From the NCBI GenBank assembly GCA_009602725.1, contig WELB01000020.1, positions 102,695 to 144,966 on the forward strand: DNA of 42,272 bases, written 5' to 3'. Below are positions 13,167-24,543 of the stretch, in pieces. The notes below the pieces were generated by a model that was not told where the DNA came from, made no database searches, and worked only from the letters and a program-made list of their open reading frames with translations. A program made the translations under genes and the position numbers. Positions within the stretch are counted from its first letter, which is position 1; each line of letters opens with the position of its first letter. The DNA is from Spirogloea muscicola. Lineage: Eukaryota.

Positions 13167-13616
13167 NNNNNNNNNNNNNNNNNNNNNNNNNNNNNNNNNN
13201 NNNNNNNNNNNNNNNNNNNNNNNNNNNNNNNNNNNNNNNNNNNNNNNNNNNNNNNNNNNNNNNNNNNNNNNNNNNNNNNNNNNNNNNNNNNNNNNNNNNN
13301 NNNNNNNNNNNNNNNNNNNNNNNNNNNNNNNNNNNNNNNNNNNNNNNNNNNNNNNNNNNNNNNNNNNNNNNNNNNNNNNNNNNNNNNNNNNNNNNNNNNN
13401 NNNNNNNNNNNNNNNNNNNNNNNNNNNNNNNNNNNNNNNNNNNNNNNNNNNNNNNNNNNNNNNNNNNNNNNNNNNNNNNNNNNNNNNNNNNNNNNNNNNN
13501 NNNNNNNNNNNNNNNNNNNNNNNNNNNNNNNNNNNNNNNNNNNNNNNNNNNNNNNNNNNNNNNNNNNNNNNNNNNNNNNNNNNNNNNNNNNNNNNNNNNN
13601 NNNNNNNNNNNNNNNN
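13167..13616. other. Assembly gap (450 N)
   Basis: Run of n inside the GC-rich 5' region of the SAT gene. Confidence 0.99.
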
Positions 13617-14692
13617 GGCAACGGCGGCGGCGGCGGCGTCCTCCTCCTCGACGCCAGCGCCGCGAGCGGCGCCAGCGCCAGCGCCAGCAGCCTCGCGGCG
13701 CTCCGGCGGCGCAGCCGGGGCAGCCGGCCGGCGGTGGTGGCGCCGGAGGTGCAGGAGGCGGAGCCCGACGAGCTGTGGCTGCAGATTCGGCGGGAGGCGC
13801 GCGGGGACTCGGAGGCGGAGCCCGCGCTGGCGAGCTTCCTGTACTCCACCATCCTGGCGCACCGCTCGCTGGAGCGCGCGCTCGCATTCCACCTCGCCAA
13901 CAAGCTCGACTCCTCCACCCTCCTCGGCACCCAGCTCTTCACGCTCGTCGCGGACACCTTCGCCGAGGACGCCGGCGTGCGCGCCGCCATGCGCTCGGAC
14001 ATCGTGGCCGTCAAGGACCGCGACGCCGCGTGCGTGAGCTACTCGCACTGCCTCCTCAACTTCAAGGGCTTCCTGGCCTGCCAGAGCCACCGCGTCGCCC
14101 ACGCGCTCTGGGGCCGCGGCCGCCGGGCCCTTGCGCTCGCGCTGCAGAGCCGCGCCTCTGAGGTTTTCCACGTCGACATCCACCCGGCCGCCCGCATCGG
14201 TCATGGCATCTTGCTTGACCACGGCACGGGCATTGTCGTTGGCGAGACCGCCGAAATCGGCAACAATGTGTCCATACTGCACCACGTGACGCTCGGCGGC
14301 ACCGGCGCGTATGGCTGCCATCGCCATCCGAAGGTGATGCTCTTTGCAATGTTGTTACAGCGGTCTTGCCAGCTTGGCCCTTCTTGTGTTGAAATGCGCT
14401 CTGTTTCGTAGCCTGACTAGACCCTGCGCCCCTGCTGGCACTGGTGCAGGTTGGCGAGGGTGTCTTGATTGGTGCTGGCGCGACGCTGCTGGGGCCCATC
14501 ACGGTTGGGGAGGGGGCCAAGATTGGTGCAGGGTCTGTGGTGCTCACCAACGTTCCTCCCAATATGACGGCAGTTGGCAACCCCGCACGCCTGCTGGGGG
14601 GCAAAAACAAGGCCCTCCCCAGCTCGCCGACTGCTGCTGAGTCCATGGACCACACCTCCTTCATCAAGAACTGGTCCGACTACACCATCTGA
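13617..14692 (+). CDS. SAT: Serine O-acetyltransferase (5' end in or before the gap); intron 14334-14449
   Basis: SATase N-domain (EPALASFLYSTILAHRSLERALAFHLANKL), DIHPAARIG, DHGTGIVVGETA, hexapeptide repeats, and the plant-type C-terminus WSDYTI that binds OAS-TL. Confidence 0.96.
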
Positions 14693-15159
14693 GGCTGCGG
14701 GAGATTCTTGCTCGCTTCTTGTGCTCGCCTCATGCTGAGAAGCAGAGGACCACAGTAAAGCAAGAAGCGACGAGTGAGTGAGTGAGAAATGCTGTGTTGA
14801 CACGTGTAGTTGCATAGTGGTCGCTGGCATCACAGAAGTGCCAGTTGCATTGGTCATCATGTTGGGAGTCAGGCAGCAGGAGCTAGCTGTACACTACAGA
14901 GCTTGCGCTGGTAGCTCTGGGGTCGCCGAGCTTTCTCTGGAGACCACTCGCAGATACCAGCAGAATTAGCAGTGGTCAGAGAGCTAGAGGAGTGTGTCAC
15001 CTCAAGTAGGAGACATTGCTCCAACGTCTAGCCCTCCTGATTCTCCCGGAACTGCCCGCCGCAGCACTGCTTGTAGTTTTGTGCTGACGAGAATCTAAGA
15101 AATGCCATTACTTTCTGCTCTCGAATCGGTTGCTTGCTAATCATGGGCTGCTGTTGGCT

Positions 15160-15325
15160 GTTGGCATTTGTGCACAACAGTCAGGGGCATGCATGATTGC
15201 TGATGTGTGATGTCGAAAATACCATACCAGGCATTTGTCCTGTTGTCACTGCCACAACTGTTAGGAGCACGGATGGTTGCTGATGTGTGATGTTGAAGCT
15301 ACCTCTACACCAGGCATTTGTCTAA
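15160..15325 (+). repeat. Degenerate tandem duplication, period about 80 bp
   Basis: ttgctgatgtgtgatgt...accaggcatttgtc occurs at about 15197 and 15277. Confidence 0.6.
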
Positions 15326-15714
15326 TGATCCCAGCTTGTGGCATGCCCCTGCAAATCTATTATTGCAACTGTGATGACAGGCAGCATGCCGCAGCACTCA
15401 GGGCTCTTCATTTACAGGCGAATGTAGGCAGCTGCGGCTGGAGCATCATCCACAGTGACCCAGAACATGCTTACACTGCTGTTCAATTCCTTCAGTGAAC
15501 AGTCTTCACAGTTTTCAGGGGGTGTGTTTGGCTGTCATTCGTGACATACTCAGCGACTAGATGCTCTTATCTGTTAAAGTAAAACATTTAGCTAAGCTGG
15601 ATGCAGTTACTGATTGACGACCTCCTCAAGTAAAGCACGACTGATTTCACATGTGATCGTTCTCATTGTTGCAGCATGGGTCACTCATTATTGTCTCTCT
15701 TGGGCCAGATCCTT

Positions 15715-16350
15715 TCCAAGAACAGTAGCTCCTCCATGGAGGCTGGGGATGGCCAGCATGAACTCACACATCGGTGTTGAGAAGAAGAAGGTAAACAGCA
15801 CACAATGGGGAGCGCACGATGACAATGCAAGTATGTCATGAGATGCTTCACAGCCCTACTCGACTGAAGATTGGAAAGACTGGTCCACTACAGGAGTAAA
15901 GCAGCTGAAGAATGTCCTGCAAGGAGTTATCAGCAAAGGCTTGCGAATACTGCAATGAGACCAGGCGCACAACGTAGTGAAACTTTGACAAGCAGGGAGG
16001 TCTGGTAATATTAGGCAGTGCTTTTGCATGTCGGCAGCCTGACCTCACATGCATTTCAGCAGCTTGGCCTGTGCTATTACCAGTGCTGCTCGGTCCAAGG
16101 TAGTCCCTAGACCCTTAAACCCTACACCTCAAATACATTGGTGTTTAGCTCCTGTTCCTCACTTGAAGGTTACTTGCTCGGTACTGATTACAACGGTGAA
16201 CGAGGAGATATCAGAAGGAGGGTGGGGTTGGGTTACTGGCTGCTGTCACCAATTAAACTTTCAAGTGTCCACTTTCAAAATTCCATGACTGTGCCAGCAA
16301 TGGTGTGGCAGGGTGTGTACATCATAATGCATGCACCATGTGCTTGCCAC
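15715..16350 (-). pseudogene. Possible highly decayed non-LTR reverse transcriptase remnant
   Basis: Broken frames give GILKVDT*K, GFKGLGTTL, SKFHYVVR and LAIPSLHGG in the order expected for the late RT and thumb motifs (GLxxNxxK, GxKxLG, PKLxYLLR, LPxxxGG). Confidence 0.3.
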
Positions 16351-16537
16351 AAAGAATCAAGAGTTTACTGAGAACTGTGAAGGCTGCGATGTGCAAAACG
16401 TGTCAATAACATTGCAATTTGCGGCAGGCAATGCAGCAACTGCCACATATGATAATTACTCAGCCGCCTCCTTGTCGCCGTGGATGGCAGCATCTGCTGC
16501 TCATGCTGCGGGCCCCGCTATGGCTGGAACAGTGTGC

Positions 16538-17721
16538 CTACACCTTCAGGACGTCTTCCGACAGGAGCGTCCCGGCTGGGAGCACCTTGACAACAACCTC
16601 CTCCGACGCAAACTCCTTGGACAGCTCCTGCAGCCGACGACCAACAAGATGTGCCGATTGGCCTGTGTAAGTGAAGTCGTCATTGCAAGGCAGCACTGCC
16701 CTCTGGACTTCACCCGTGGCGGCTGTCGTTCCGTTCCCTGCAGATGCCAATCTGGGTGAGTTCGTGTAGACGGGCGTCTGCAGCAGCGTAGAGCTCATTG
16801 TTGTCCTCCGACGTTGCCGCAACGTTCACCAGCACGCCCTGCATCTTGTGTGCGCGCCAGCGCTGGCAGAACTCGCGGCTGATCAACCGCACGCCGTCGA
16901 GGTGGCGCTGTAGCAGGCCCTCGGGGTCCTGCCAGGCGCCGATGCAGCCGCAAGAGCAGCCAGCTCAGGTGGGGCACGCCCATCTCCTTGGCGGCCGATT
17001 GCCAACATGCACTCATTCATCTCTTGAGCATCTTGGGCAGGGCGTGGCGCTAGCGCGAGGGCCCACCTTCTCCTCCTCGGCCACACTCGCGTGCTCCGCG
17101 ACGTCGAGCACGTTGACGACCACGGCCACGCCCTTGACGAGCGGCTTGTCGGCGAACGCCGCCCAGATGACGTCCGCCGAGTCCCGCACGCCCTCCTTGC
17201 TCGTCGGCTCCAGCATGATGAGCTGCGCCCGATCCTGCGGCGCGGCACCGGCGGGCGGGAGCAGCGGCGGAGCTTTGGCACGGGCCGGGAGGAGACGTGG
17301 CGCTGGCGCGGCGGCGGCGGCGGCAGTGGCGCAACGGCGGCGCCGGCGGCGGCGAACCTTGGGGCCCTCGGTGCGCTGGGCCTCGCCGGCGTCGTCGTCG
17401 AAGACGGGGTGGATGGGCGGCCGCGAGTTGAGGTGCTCCTTGAGCAGCGCCTCCAGCTGCTTCAGCCGCGCGTCCGCCACTGGCACACGCTCCGCGGCAA
17501 GCCCCGTCAGCCGACGGCCCGCCTTCCTGGCCGCTCAGCGACGGCGGCGACGGCGGTGGCGGCGCGGCCGTACCGACGACGTAGGCGCCGGCGTCGACGA
17601 GCGCCTCGGCGTACGAGCGGCCGAGCGCTGTGGCGGCGCTGGTCACCAGCGCCACGGTGTCCTGCAGCCAGCGGCGGCCGCCCCCGGCTGTCGCAGCCGC
17701 CTGCTCCTGAGCCTCGGCCAT
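16538..17721 (-). CDS. Atypical short-chain dehydrogenase/reductase (Rossmann-fold) protein, multi-exon
   Basis: LQDTVALVTSAATALGRSYAEALVDAGAYV, VVVNV, GVLVNVAA, LYAAADARLHELT and ELSKEFASEEVVVKVL follow SDR strand/helix order; stop at 16538-16540. Confidence 0.65.
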
Positions 17722-17782
17722 TGCCACCGGGCTCCGCGCGCGGGGCGACGACAGCGGCGGAAGCGGTGGCGGCGGCGGTAGA

Positions 17783-17814
<32 letters not shown>

Positions 17815-17931
17815 AGTTGATGGCCGGGAGGCGGCGGCGATTAGGGTGGCCGGCGGCGGCGGCGGCGGTTGCGGACACAGCGTCCACATGGCGGTCATGT
17901 AGGCGCCTCAGCTGCGGCGGCGGTCACAGCC

Positions 17932-17967
17932 TGCCACGTGGCAAGGAGGAGAAGGGCTGCCACGTGG
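17932..17967. promoter_or_regulatory. Tandem G-box/ABRE motifs upstream of the SDR-like gene
   Basis: Perfect palindrome tgccacgtggca at 17932-17943 and tgccacgtgg at 17958-17967, about 210-245 bp upstream of ATG 17721. Confidence 0.5.
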
Positions 17968-18169
17968 AGGTCATCGAGCTGAAGGGAGACGGAGAGTGTG
18001 TGACGGCTGCGATGAGGCCAGCGGCAGGTGGACAAGGTCTCGGGGACGAGGAATGCCAAAAGCCCCAACCCCACGGTGAAGCGTGCCAGTCACAGCACGA
18101 CAAGCGGGGGGGTACCACGGCTTCGGGGCCGACACGATGGCTGGGCTCCCCAGCAGAGGAGCGGCTGCT

Positions 18170-18460
18170 CCGGGAGGACTACACCACAAAACACTGCAGA
18201 ACACGTAGACGATGCAGAGGGAAGCTCAGTACCCACGAGTGAGCAACATCAGGTCTGAGTAGCTCGCTGCAGGGAAAGAGGCACTCCGCCGAGACCCAGA
18301 GGCGCAGCAATAGCACGGCCTGCTCGCGTGTGGAAGGAGGCGAGGGCTGGCTGTGAAGAGCCAGCCCAAAAGTGTTGACGAGGTACGCAGAAGCCGAAAA
18401 GTGCTGAGTGGGTAGAAGGGCAGTGGAGCCAGTCGTCCCTGGTCATCAGCCGCAAGCAAG
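18170..18460 (-). mobile_element. Two adjacent truncated CRE-like retroelement ends (family B ORF end plus UTR; another family's 3' stem-loop)
   Basis: SGSRRSASFPAASYSDLMLLTRGY-stop is identical to the copy at 40674-40871; gggctggctcttcacagcc stem-loop near 18350. Confidence 0.8.
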
Positions 18461-18819
18461 AGTGATCGAGCTGCAGAGGGATAGTTGCCCAGCCACTACT
18501 CGGAACTAACATGTACTAACCGGAACTGATATGCAAAGTGAAAGCCTGTGAATGCAGCCGAATGGCCAGGCACATGTTCTAGTCTAGGCCTGTGCCAGCA
18601 AGCCCGCAACCCCATGAGAGTGAACCAGGAAGTGGCCAGCGCCTAGAGAGAAAGTGCTTGCAAAGCAATTTTACACTGGTTTAGGCAAAAGCTGGCGCAA
18701 GAAGGGGCTATAAGAATTGAACCGATGCTAAGGTTGCCAAGGTAATGCAACCAGGCTTGGCTTGGGCTTGGCTTCAGACAGTGCCTCAAATCAGGAAGGA
18801 TGGTGCCTGATGATTCTGC

Positions 18820-19200
18820 CCCCCTACATGGCAGTGTCAATGTATGCTGCTCCATTGGCAGTGGACGCCATCTCCTCATCCTCCAACTGCTGGTTCTCAG
18901 CCCGTCTGTACTATCTCTCTAAGAGTTTCCACTAAGAACACATTGCACATAGTCTAAGACTTGACAGCTAGTACAGAACCTGGAAGTACAAGCTTGTCTT
19001 GCACCATCTACAACTGCCAAAGTACGATTTGGTGTTTGTGCAAGTAACAACTTGTCAGCGTGGTAGACTGCTCCACCGCATCCCACAAACTTAGGACGCT
19101 GTAGCACCCTAACTGCAACCTGGCAATCAACAGGTCCCTTACACCCTTGACAATCTGATGGTCAGCAAACAAGTGAAGCTGTGACAGATACACCTTGAAT
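18820..19200 (-). pseudogene. Decayed LINE-type reverse transcriptase fragment
   Basis: Frameshifted motifs in RT order: LHLFAD...VRDLLIARLQLG; PKFV...VY...VVDGARQAC (GxRQGC); TMCNVFLVETLRE (SPxLFN); AAYID-TA (YxDD). Confidence 0.5.
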
Positions 19201-19488
19201 AATTCTGCTTACCAAGCCACCAGCACAAATCCATTGGCACTCCTTGGCACTAGGCAGGCTTAACCTGGACACCCTCCTCCTTTGGAGGGACAAAATTTAC
19301 AAGACAGCCACCTCAAAGGAGGGCTGTGCCTTGTTGACAGTGCGCGAGCAATTGCCCTTATGATGCTGCCGTGCAACATAATCCATTTTACGACGTCAAG
19401 CAACCCCCTTTCCTTTTCATTGCTACTGCTTGTGGACCACAAATCTCTCCAGGACCTGCCACCATAGCCAGTCAGACTAGCAGTCTCG

Positions 19489-21500
19489 TCACTTGGGAAT
19501 CTGGATCTCATCACCCACATCAATGGTGTTGCCAATGCGCACATTGGCTGCCTTCAGCTCACCAACAGAGACCTGCACAAACAGTGCCAATATTAGATGA
19601 GAACAGCAGCGTTACAAGGGCTTTAGTGAGAACCAAAGGCAACAACCATGCAGAGCGCGACCATAGCCCAGGCGAAGCACAGCCCACAACAGGAAAGCCA
19701 GCTGGTGGAAGTGTTGCTTACTACAAGGCCCCTGCTGAGCTAAGTACAAGACCACTGCTGACTGTGCTCCAAGCAATGTTCAGCACAAGACAAGATTTTC
19801 TAGCAGACTTACCCCATGCTTCCTGGAAATGCTCCAGAGGGTATCCCCCTTGTTCACACGGTAGGTGGTCAGGGACCTGTGAACCTTGTCCTTGGTCCGG
19901 TTGTAAGCATCTTCGGTCCTGTTCTGAACCTTGTCAGCGGTCCTAGCCACATTCTTCTTGGTGTCATAAGCTGCCCTCTCAGCAGACCGCTCAGCGTCCT
20001 TGGCAGCATTGTCGACCCTTCCAAAGAAGGAGCCAAACCTGCTATTGGCATCTGTGCTCACATTCTGCAACACAAGAAGCGAGCTCGAAAATGAGGAAGT
20101 GACCAGACAGCTCACGGACAGCTCCATATCCAGCTACAATTAGCAGTATAAGAACCTTAGGAAGACATCAATGAGGACCCAAGACACAAGAATATTCTAT
20201 CATCAGACCATTATTCCAGACTGCTGCTGATTGATGCAAGACAACAGACATGGCAAATTTGCGGGGAAACTGCAGTGAAGTAGGATGGCACAACTCTACA
20301 GAGTTTTTAACTCCCACAAATGGCTGCTGTTGAGCATTCCTCTGTACACACCTTGCTATCGCTGTAAGCACGGTCATAGAGACGATCAACCCTGTCGTGT
20401 CCATGGTCCACATTGCGGTCCACACTGCGCTCCACACGGTCCACGGTGTTGCTAACAGAGCCCTTGACGTTTTCGACAGTCTGGCTGACCTTCTTCCGGG
20501 CTGAGAACAGAGAGGGGAAAACGACAACAATGCATCAGCAAGAATCTCTCTGTGGGTCCTCGTAGCACACCAAGGATTCACCCTTCTATGATTCACCCTC
20601 ATTCCTAAGATGCTCAGCCTTTGCAATGCCTGCTTGACGAACCAGGTCTCTGAGCAAATGTGTCTGGCTGCCTGTCGTCTCACACTGATTATCACATGGC
20701 ATTGCTACTCTGTCACCTCACTGAAATCATCTGGTTGTGGGTTCACATCCTGCTGCGATGATCTCAAGTGCTCTGCAACACTGTCATGCAAGCCTTTCCT
20801 CGGGCAACCCCGGCAGCAAGCAGCAAGCACTAATAGTAGCAGCTATGACTTGCTCCAGGACGTGAGCAGAGTAGCCTCTCGTACAGCACAATGGTGCAAG
20901 ACCATGTAAGTGACGTCCTTTCACTGCATGCCTTTGTCCCTTTCTTGAAGTTGACGCACCGAAATAGACACTTTAGCAACTCCAGAATCCGGCACCTATG
21001 ACATGCGGCGGCCCGGCAGGACCACACGCGGCCTGCTCTGCGATACCCCGCTGCGTCGCGAGAAGCACGAGGAATTCTGCCAGGCAAGGCAGGGAAAGAC
21101 ACGGCAAGACCGGATAGGGCTTGAACGACGGCAGCTGAAGCTGAAAGACACGAGCTCTTCGCCTGACGTTGCTTGTCGAGCAGCGTGGACAGAGGAAAGA
21201 GGAGCTGAGGACGGACGCGTCGGGCGACGGCGGCAGGGCGAAGTAGGTGCCTCGCGCAGGCGCGTGGAGGGCGAGGGAAGGCAGTGAGTGCAGCGGCTCA
21301 CCCGTCCTGGAATTGAGGAGCGTCAGCGCAATGCCGCCGATGATGACGGCGCCGGCAATCTTGCCGATGGGAACGTCGTCGCCGCCGGTGGTGCGGTTGC
21401 CGTCGGCATTGAAGGTGCGGTCGGTATTGAAGTTGCGGTCGGTGTTGACGTTGAGGGAGTCGGAGGGCCCGTTGGCGCCGTCGGGGCCGCTGCTCGACAT
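19489..21500 (-). CDS. Membrane-anchored protein with LEA-like hydrophilic repeats and a C-terminal LysM domain, multi-exon
   Basis: Exon 1 has the TM segment IAGAVIIGGIALTLL; middle exons are charged repeats (AAKDAERSAERAAYDTKKNVARTADKV); LysM YRVNKGDTLWSISRKHG/VSVGELKAAN...IDVGDEIQIPK; stop at 19489-19491. Confidence 0.8.
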
Positions 21501-21763
21501 GGCGGCGGCGGCGGTGGCGGCGATGGATGGCGGCAGGCGCTGCGACGGCCGGCGAGGGGCGCGGGAGAGGCGCCGCAAGGAGGCGGTGGCGGCGGCGGCG
21601 GCGGCGTCGGGGACTGGCGATGGCCGCGGGGGGCAGGGTGCCAAGGCGGCGGGCTTGGCAGGGGGGGAGGGTCCCGCGCCGTCGATGCGTCCTCATCCGA
21701 CGGCGCTTGACAATCCCGGCATTCGCCAACGGGACGGATGGGGCCGCGGCGCCGCCCCGCGCG

Positions 21764-21874
21764 CCCATTGGCTCGCCGCGGCCCCAACCCGCCACGTCAG
21801 CCGGCCCCCAGGCCCGGGCGTGGCGGGCAATTGCGGCGCCGCGTGGCAGGTCACGAGCTACCGGGCCACGTGGC
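21764..21874. promoter_or_regulatory. CCAAT box plus ABRE/G-box/CE3-like cluster upstream of the LysM gene
   Basis: cccattggct (CCAAT on minus) near 21764; gccacgtc at 21791; gccgcgtggc at 21838; palindromic gccacgtggc at 21865-21874. Confidence 0.5.
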
Positions 21875-22010
21875 AGCCGGCCGGCGCTCGCCCGCCCCCC
21901 AAAGGTGCCGTTTGCTGTGAAGACTTCGGCTTGGGGGATAGACCTTTGAAGCCGCCCCCGTTCCTTGGCCTTGGGCTCGTTCTCTTGTCCGGGCTGGCCC
22001 CGCCCCCTTC

Positions 22011-24358
22011 AGAATAAGAAGTGGCTCTCCCAATGGGGGCAAGGGCTGTAGAAAGCCAGCCCGACAAAGAATCGACAAACGTTCGAAGGGGCCAAATGAC
22101 CGAGGGGCCTAAAGAAGAAGTGGCTCTCCCAATGGGGGCAAGGGCTGTGAGAAGCCAGCCCGAAAAGAATTGACAAGGGGCCTAAAGCCCTATGGCAGAA
22201 CGGGTGGAGGATGGACCACTCAGTAGCTACGAAGCTACGAAGTTGTAGTGTTTTGAGGTGTAGTCCTTTTTCGGCACCACTTTCTTTCTCACAGCCCTTG
22301 CCCCCATTGGGAGAGCCAGTTCTTCTTTCTGTGGCTTTGGTCGTTGTCCATTCTTTTTTGGGCTGGCGTTGCCGCTGGCTCGTGGGCTCAGGTGTATCGT
22401 ATGCGCTTGTCCGTCTCCCTCCAGCGGTCCACGGCCCACGCCTTGCATCTGCGTGCTGGCCGTGCTCTCGCTGCGGCCTCCGGCTTTCGTCAGGGGGATA
22501 GTTTACCGGCAGCTAGTCTGTCGGATGTGAGGCTCCTCACTCGTAACTACTAAGCGGTCCATCCTCCCCCGTTCTGCCATAGCCTCTTCAGAGCCACTTC
22601 TTCTTCTTCTTCAGGCCCCGCAGTCGCTGCTTAGCTCGTAGTTTGGCCCCTTCGAACCTTGTCAATTCTTTTCGGGCTGGCTTCTTACAGCCCTTGCCCC
22701 CATTGGGAGAGCCACTTCTTCTTTGCCAGCCCCTCTTCTCCATGGGCGCGCACTTCTCTCTTTCTTTGGCTTTGGACTTTGGACATTGTCCATTCTTTTC
22801 AGGCTGGCTTTGCCAGCCCCTCTTCTCTATGGGCGAGCAATTTCTCTACGAAGGCTCTTCCTTTTGGGAAGAGCTCAACCCTTTATGCCCAGTACGGGAC
22901 TTCCTTCCCACCCACTTTCAAGAAGTGGCTCTCCCAATGGGGGCAAGAAGAAGTGGCTCTCCCAATGGGGGCAAGGGCTTTGAGAAGCCAGCCCGAAAAG
23001 AAAAGACATTCGTCATTCTTTCTTCTGGAATGCCCCCGGTGGCTTCCCCTCTTCTGGGCTGGCTTTTCCAGCCCCTATCCTCAATAGGGGCCATAGCCTC
23101 TTCAGGCCCCGCAGTCGCTGCTTAGCTCGTAGTTTGGCCCCTTCGAACCTTGTCAATTCTTTTCGGGCTGGCTTCTCACAGCCCTTGCCCCCATTGGGAG
23201 AGCCACTTCTTCTTCTTCTTCTATCCTCAATGGGCGAGCCCTTCTCCCTCTTCCGCTGGCTCGTGAGAGAAGTGCGCGCCCATAGAGAAGAGGGGCTGGC
23301 AAAGCCAGCCCAAAAAAGAATGGACAATGTCCAAAGCCAAAGAAAGAGGAGCCGGAAAGTCTTCCGCATGCGCCTGGCCGTATCGCTTCAACGCTCCCTT
23401 GCCCACGCCGTCCACACGCGAGCAGGCCGTGCTATGGCCGCCGCCTCTGGGTCTCGGTGGAGTGCCTCTTTCCCTGCAGCGAGCTACTCAGACCTGATAT
23501 TGCTCACTCGTGGGTACTGAGCTTCCCTCTGCATCGTTTCTGTGTTCTGCAGTGTTTTGTAGTGTAGTCCTTTTTCCGGCTCGTGGGCCCAGGTATATAC
23601 CACATGCTTGTCAGTTTCCCTTCAGCGGTCCGTGGCCCACGCCTTGCATCGTGCTGGCTGTGCTCTCGCTCCGGCCTCCGGCTTTCGACAGGGGGATAGT
23701 TTTCCGGCAGCTAGTCTGTCGGATTTGAGGCTCCTCACTCGTGACTACTGAGTGGTCCATCCTCCCCTGTTCTAATTTAGCATCTTCAGGCCCCCTCGTA
23801 GCTGCTTAGCGCTTTTTAGGGGCCTCCGTCATTTGGCCCCTTCGAACCTTTGTCAATTCTATCCGGGCTGGCTTTTTACAGCCCTTGCCCCCATTGGGAG
23901 TGCCACCTTCTCTTCTCTATGGGCGAGCACTTTCTTCCGTTGGGAGAGCCACTTTCTCTCGTCAGGGGGATAGTTTTCCGGCAGCGAGTCTGTCGGATGT
24001 GAGGCTCCTCACTCGTAACTACTCAGTGGTCCATCCTCCCCCGTTCTGCCATAGCCTCTTCAGGCCCCGCAGTCGCTACTTAGCTCGTACTTTGGCTCCT
24101 TCGAACCTTGTCAATTCTTTTCGGGCTGGCTTCTCACAGCCCTTGCCCCCATTGGGAGAGCCACTTCTTCTACTTTCTCTTGCGGCGCTCCAGCTCCCCA
24201 AGTTAGCTTGTCGGATTTGTGCTCACCCGTGGGTACTAATGTCACCTTAGGCACCTCAGTTTAGGTCTCCGTATTATGTAGCCTTGTTGAGTTTGCACTA
24301 GGCTCTGCCTAAACACTGCATTGGCTTGAATTGCCCTCCCTTTCATTTCATGGACTCC

Positions 24359-24455
<97 letters not shown>

Positions 24456-24456
24456 N

Positions 24457-24543
<87 letters not shown>

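Noticed and set aside
16110..16126. Telomere-like aaacccta
   Set aside because: A single copy, expected by chance.
17050..18242. Long Ala/Pro/Arg-rich overlapping ORFs at GC-rich gene starts (also near 9580-10600, 12580-14300 and 21250-22000)
   Set aside because: These are shadow ORFs caused by very high GC and (gcc)n runs, or by reading through N gaps.
22118..22175. Hammerhead or HDV ribozyme in the repeat (ctgtgag...gaaa)
   Set aside because: The CUGANGA core and the required stems are absent, and the motif lies at the element 3' end rather than the 5' end.
22011..24180. CRISPR-like array of recurring short repeats
   Set aside because: The repeats occur in both orientations with irregular spacing, follow retroelement ORF ends, and there are no cas genes; the context is eukaryotic.
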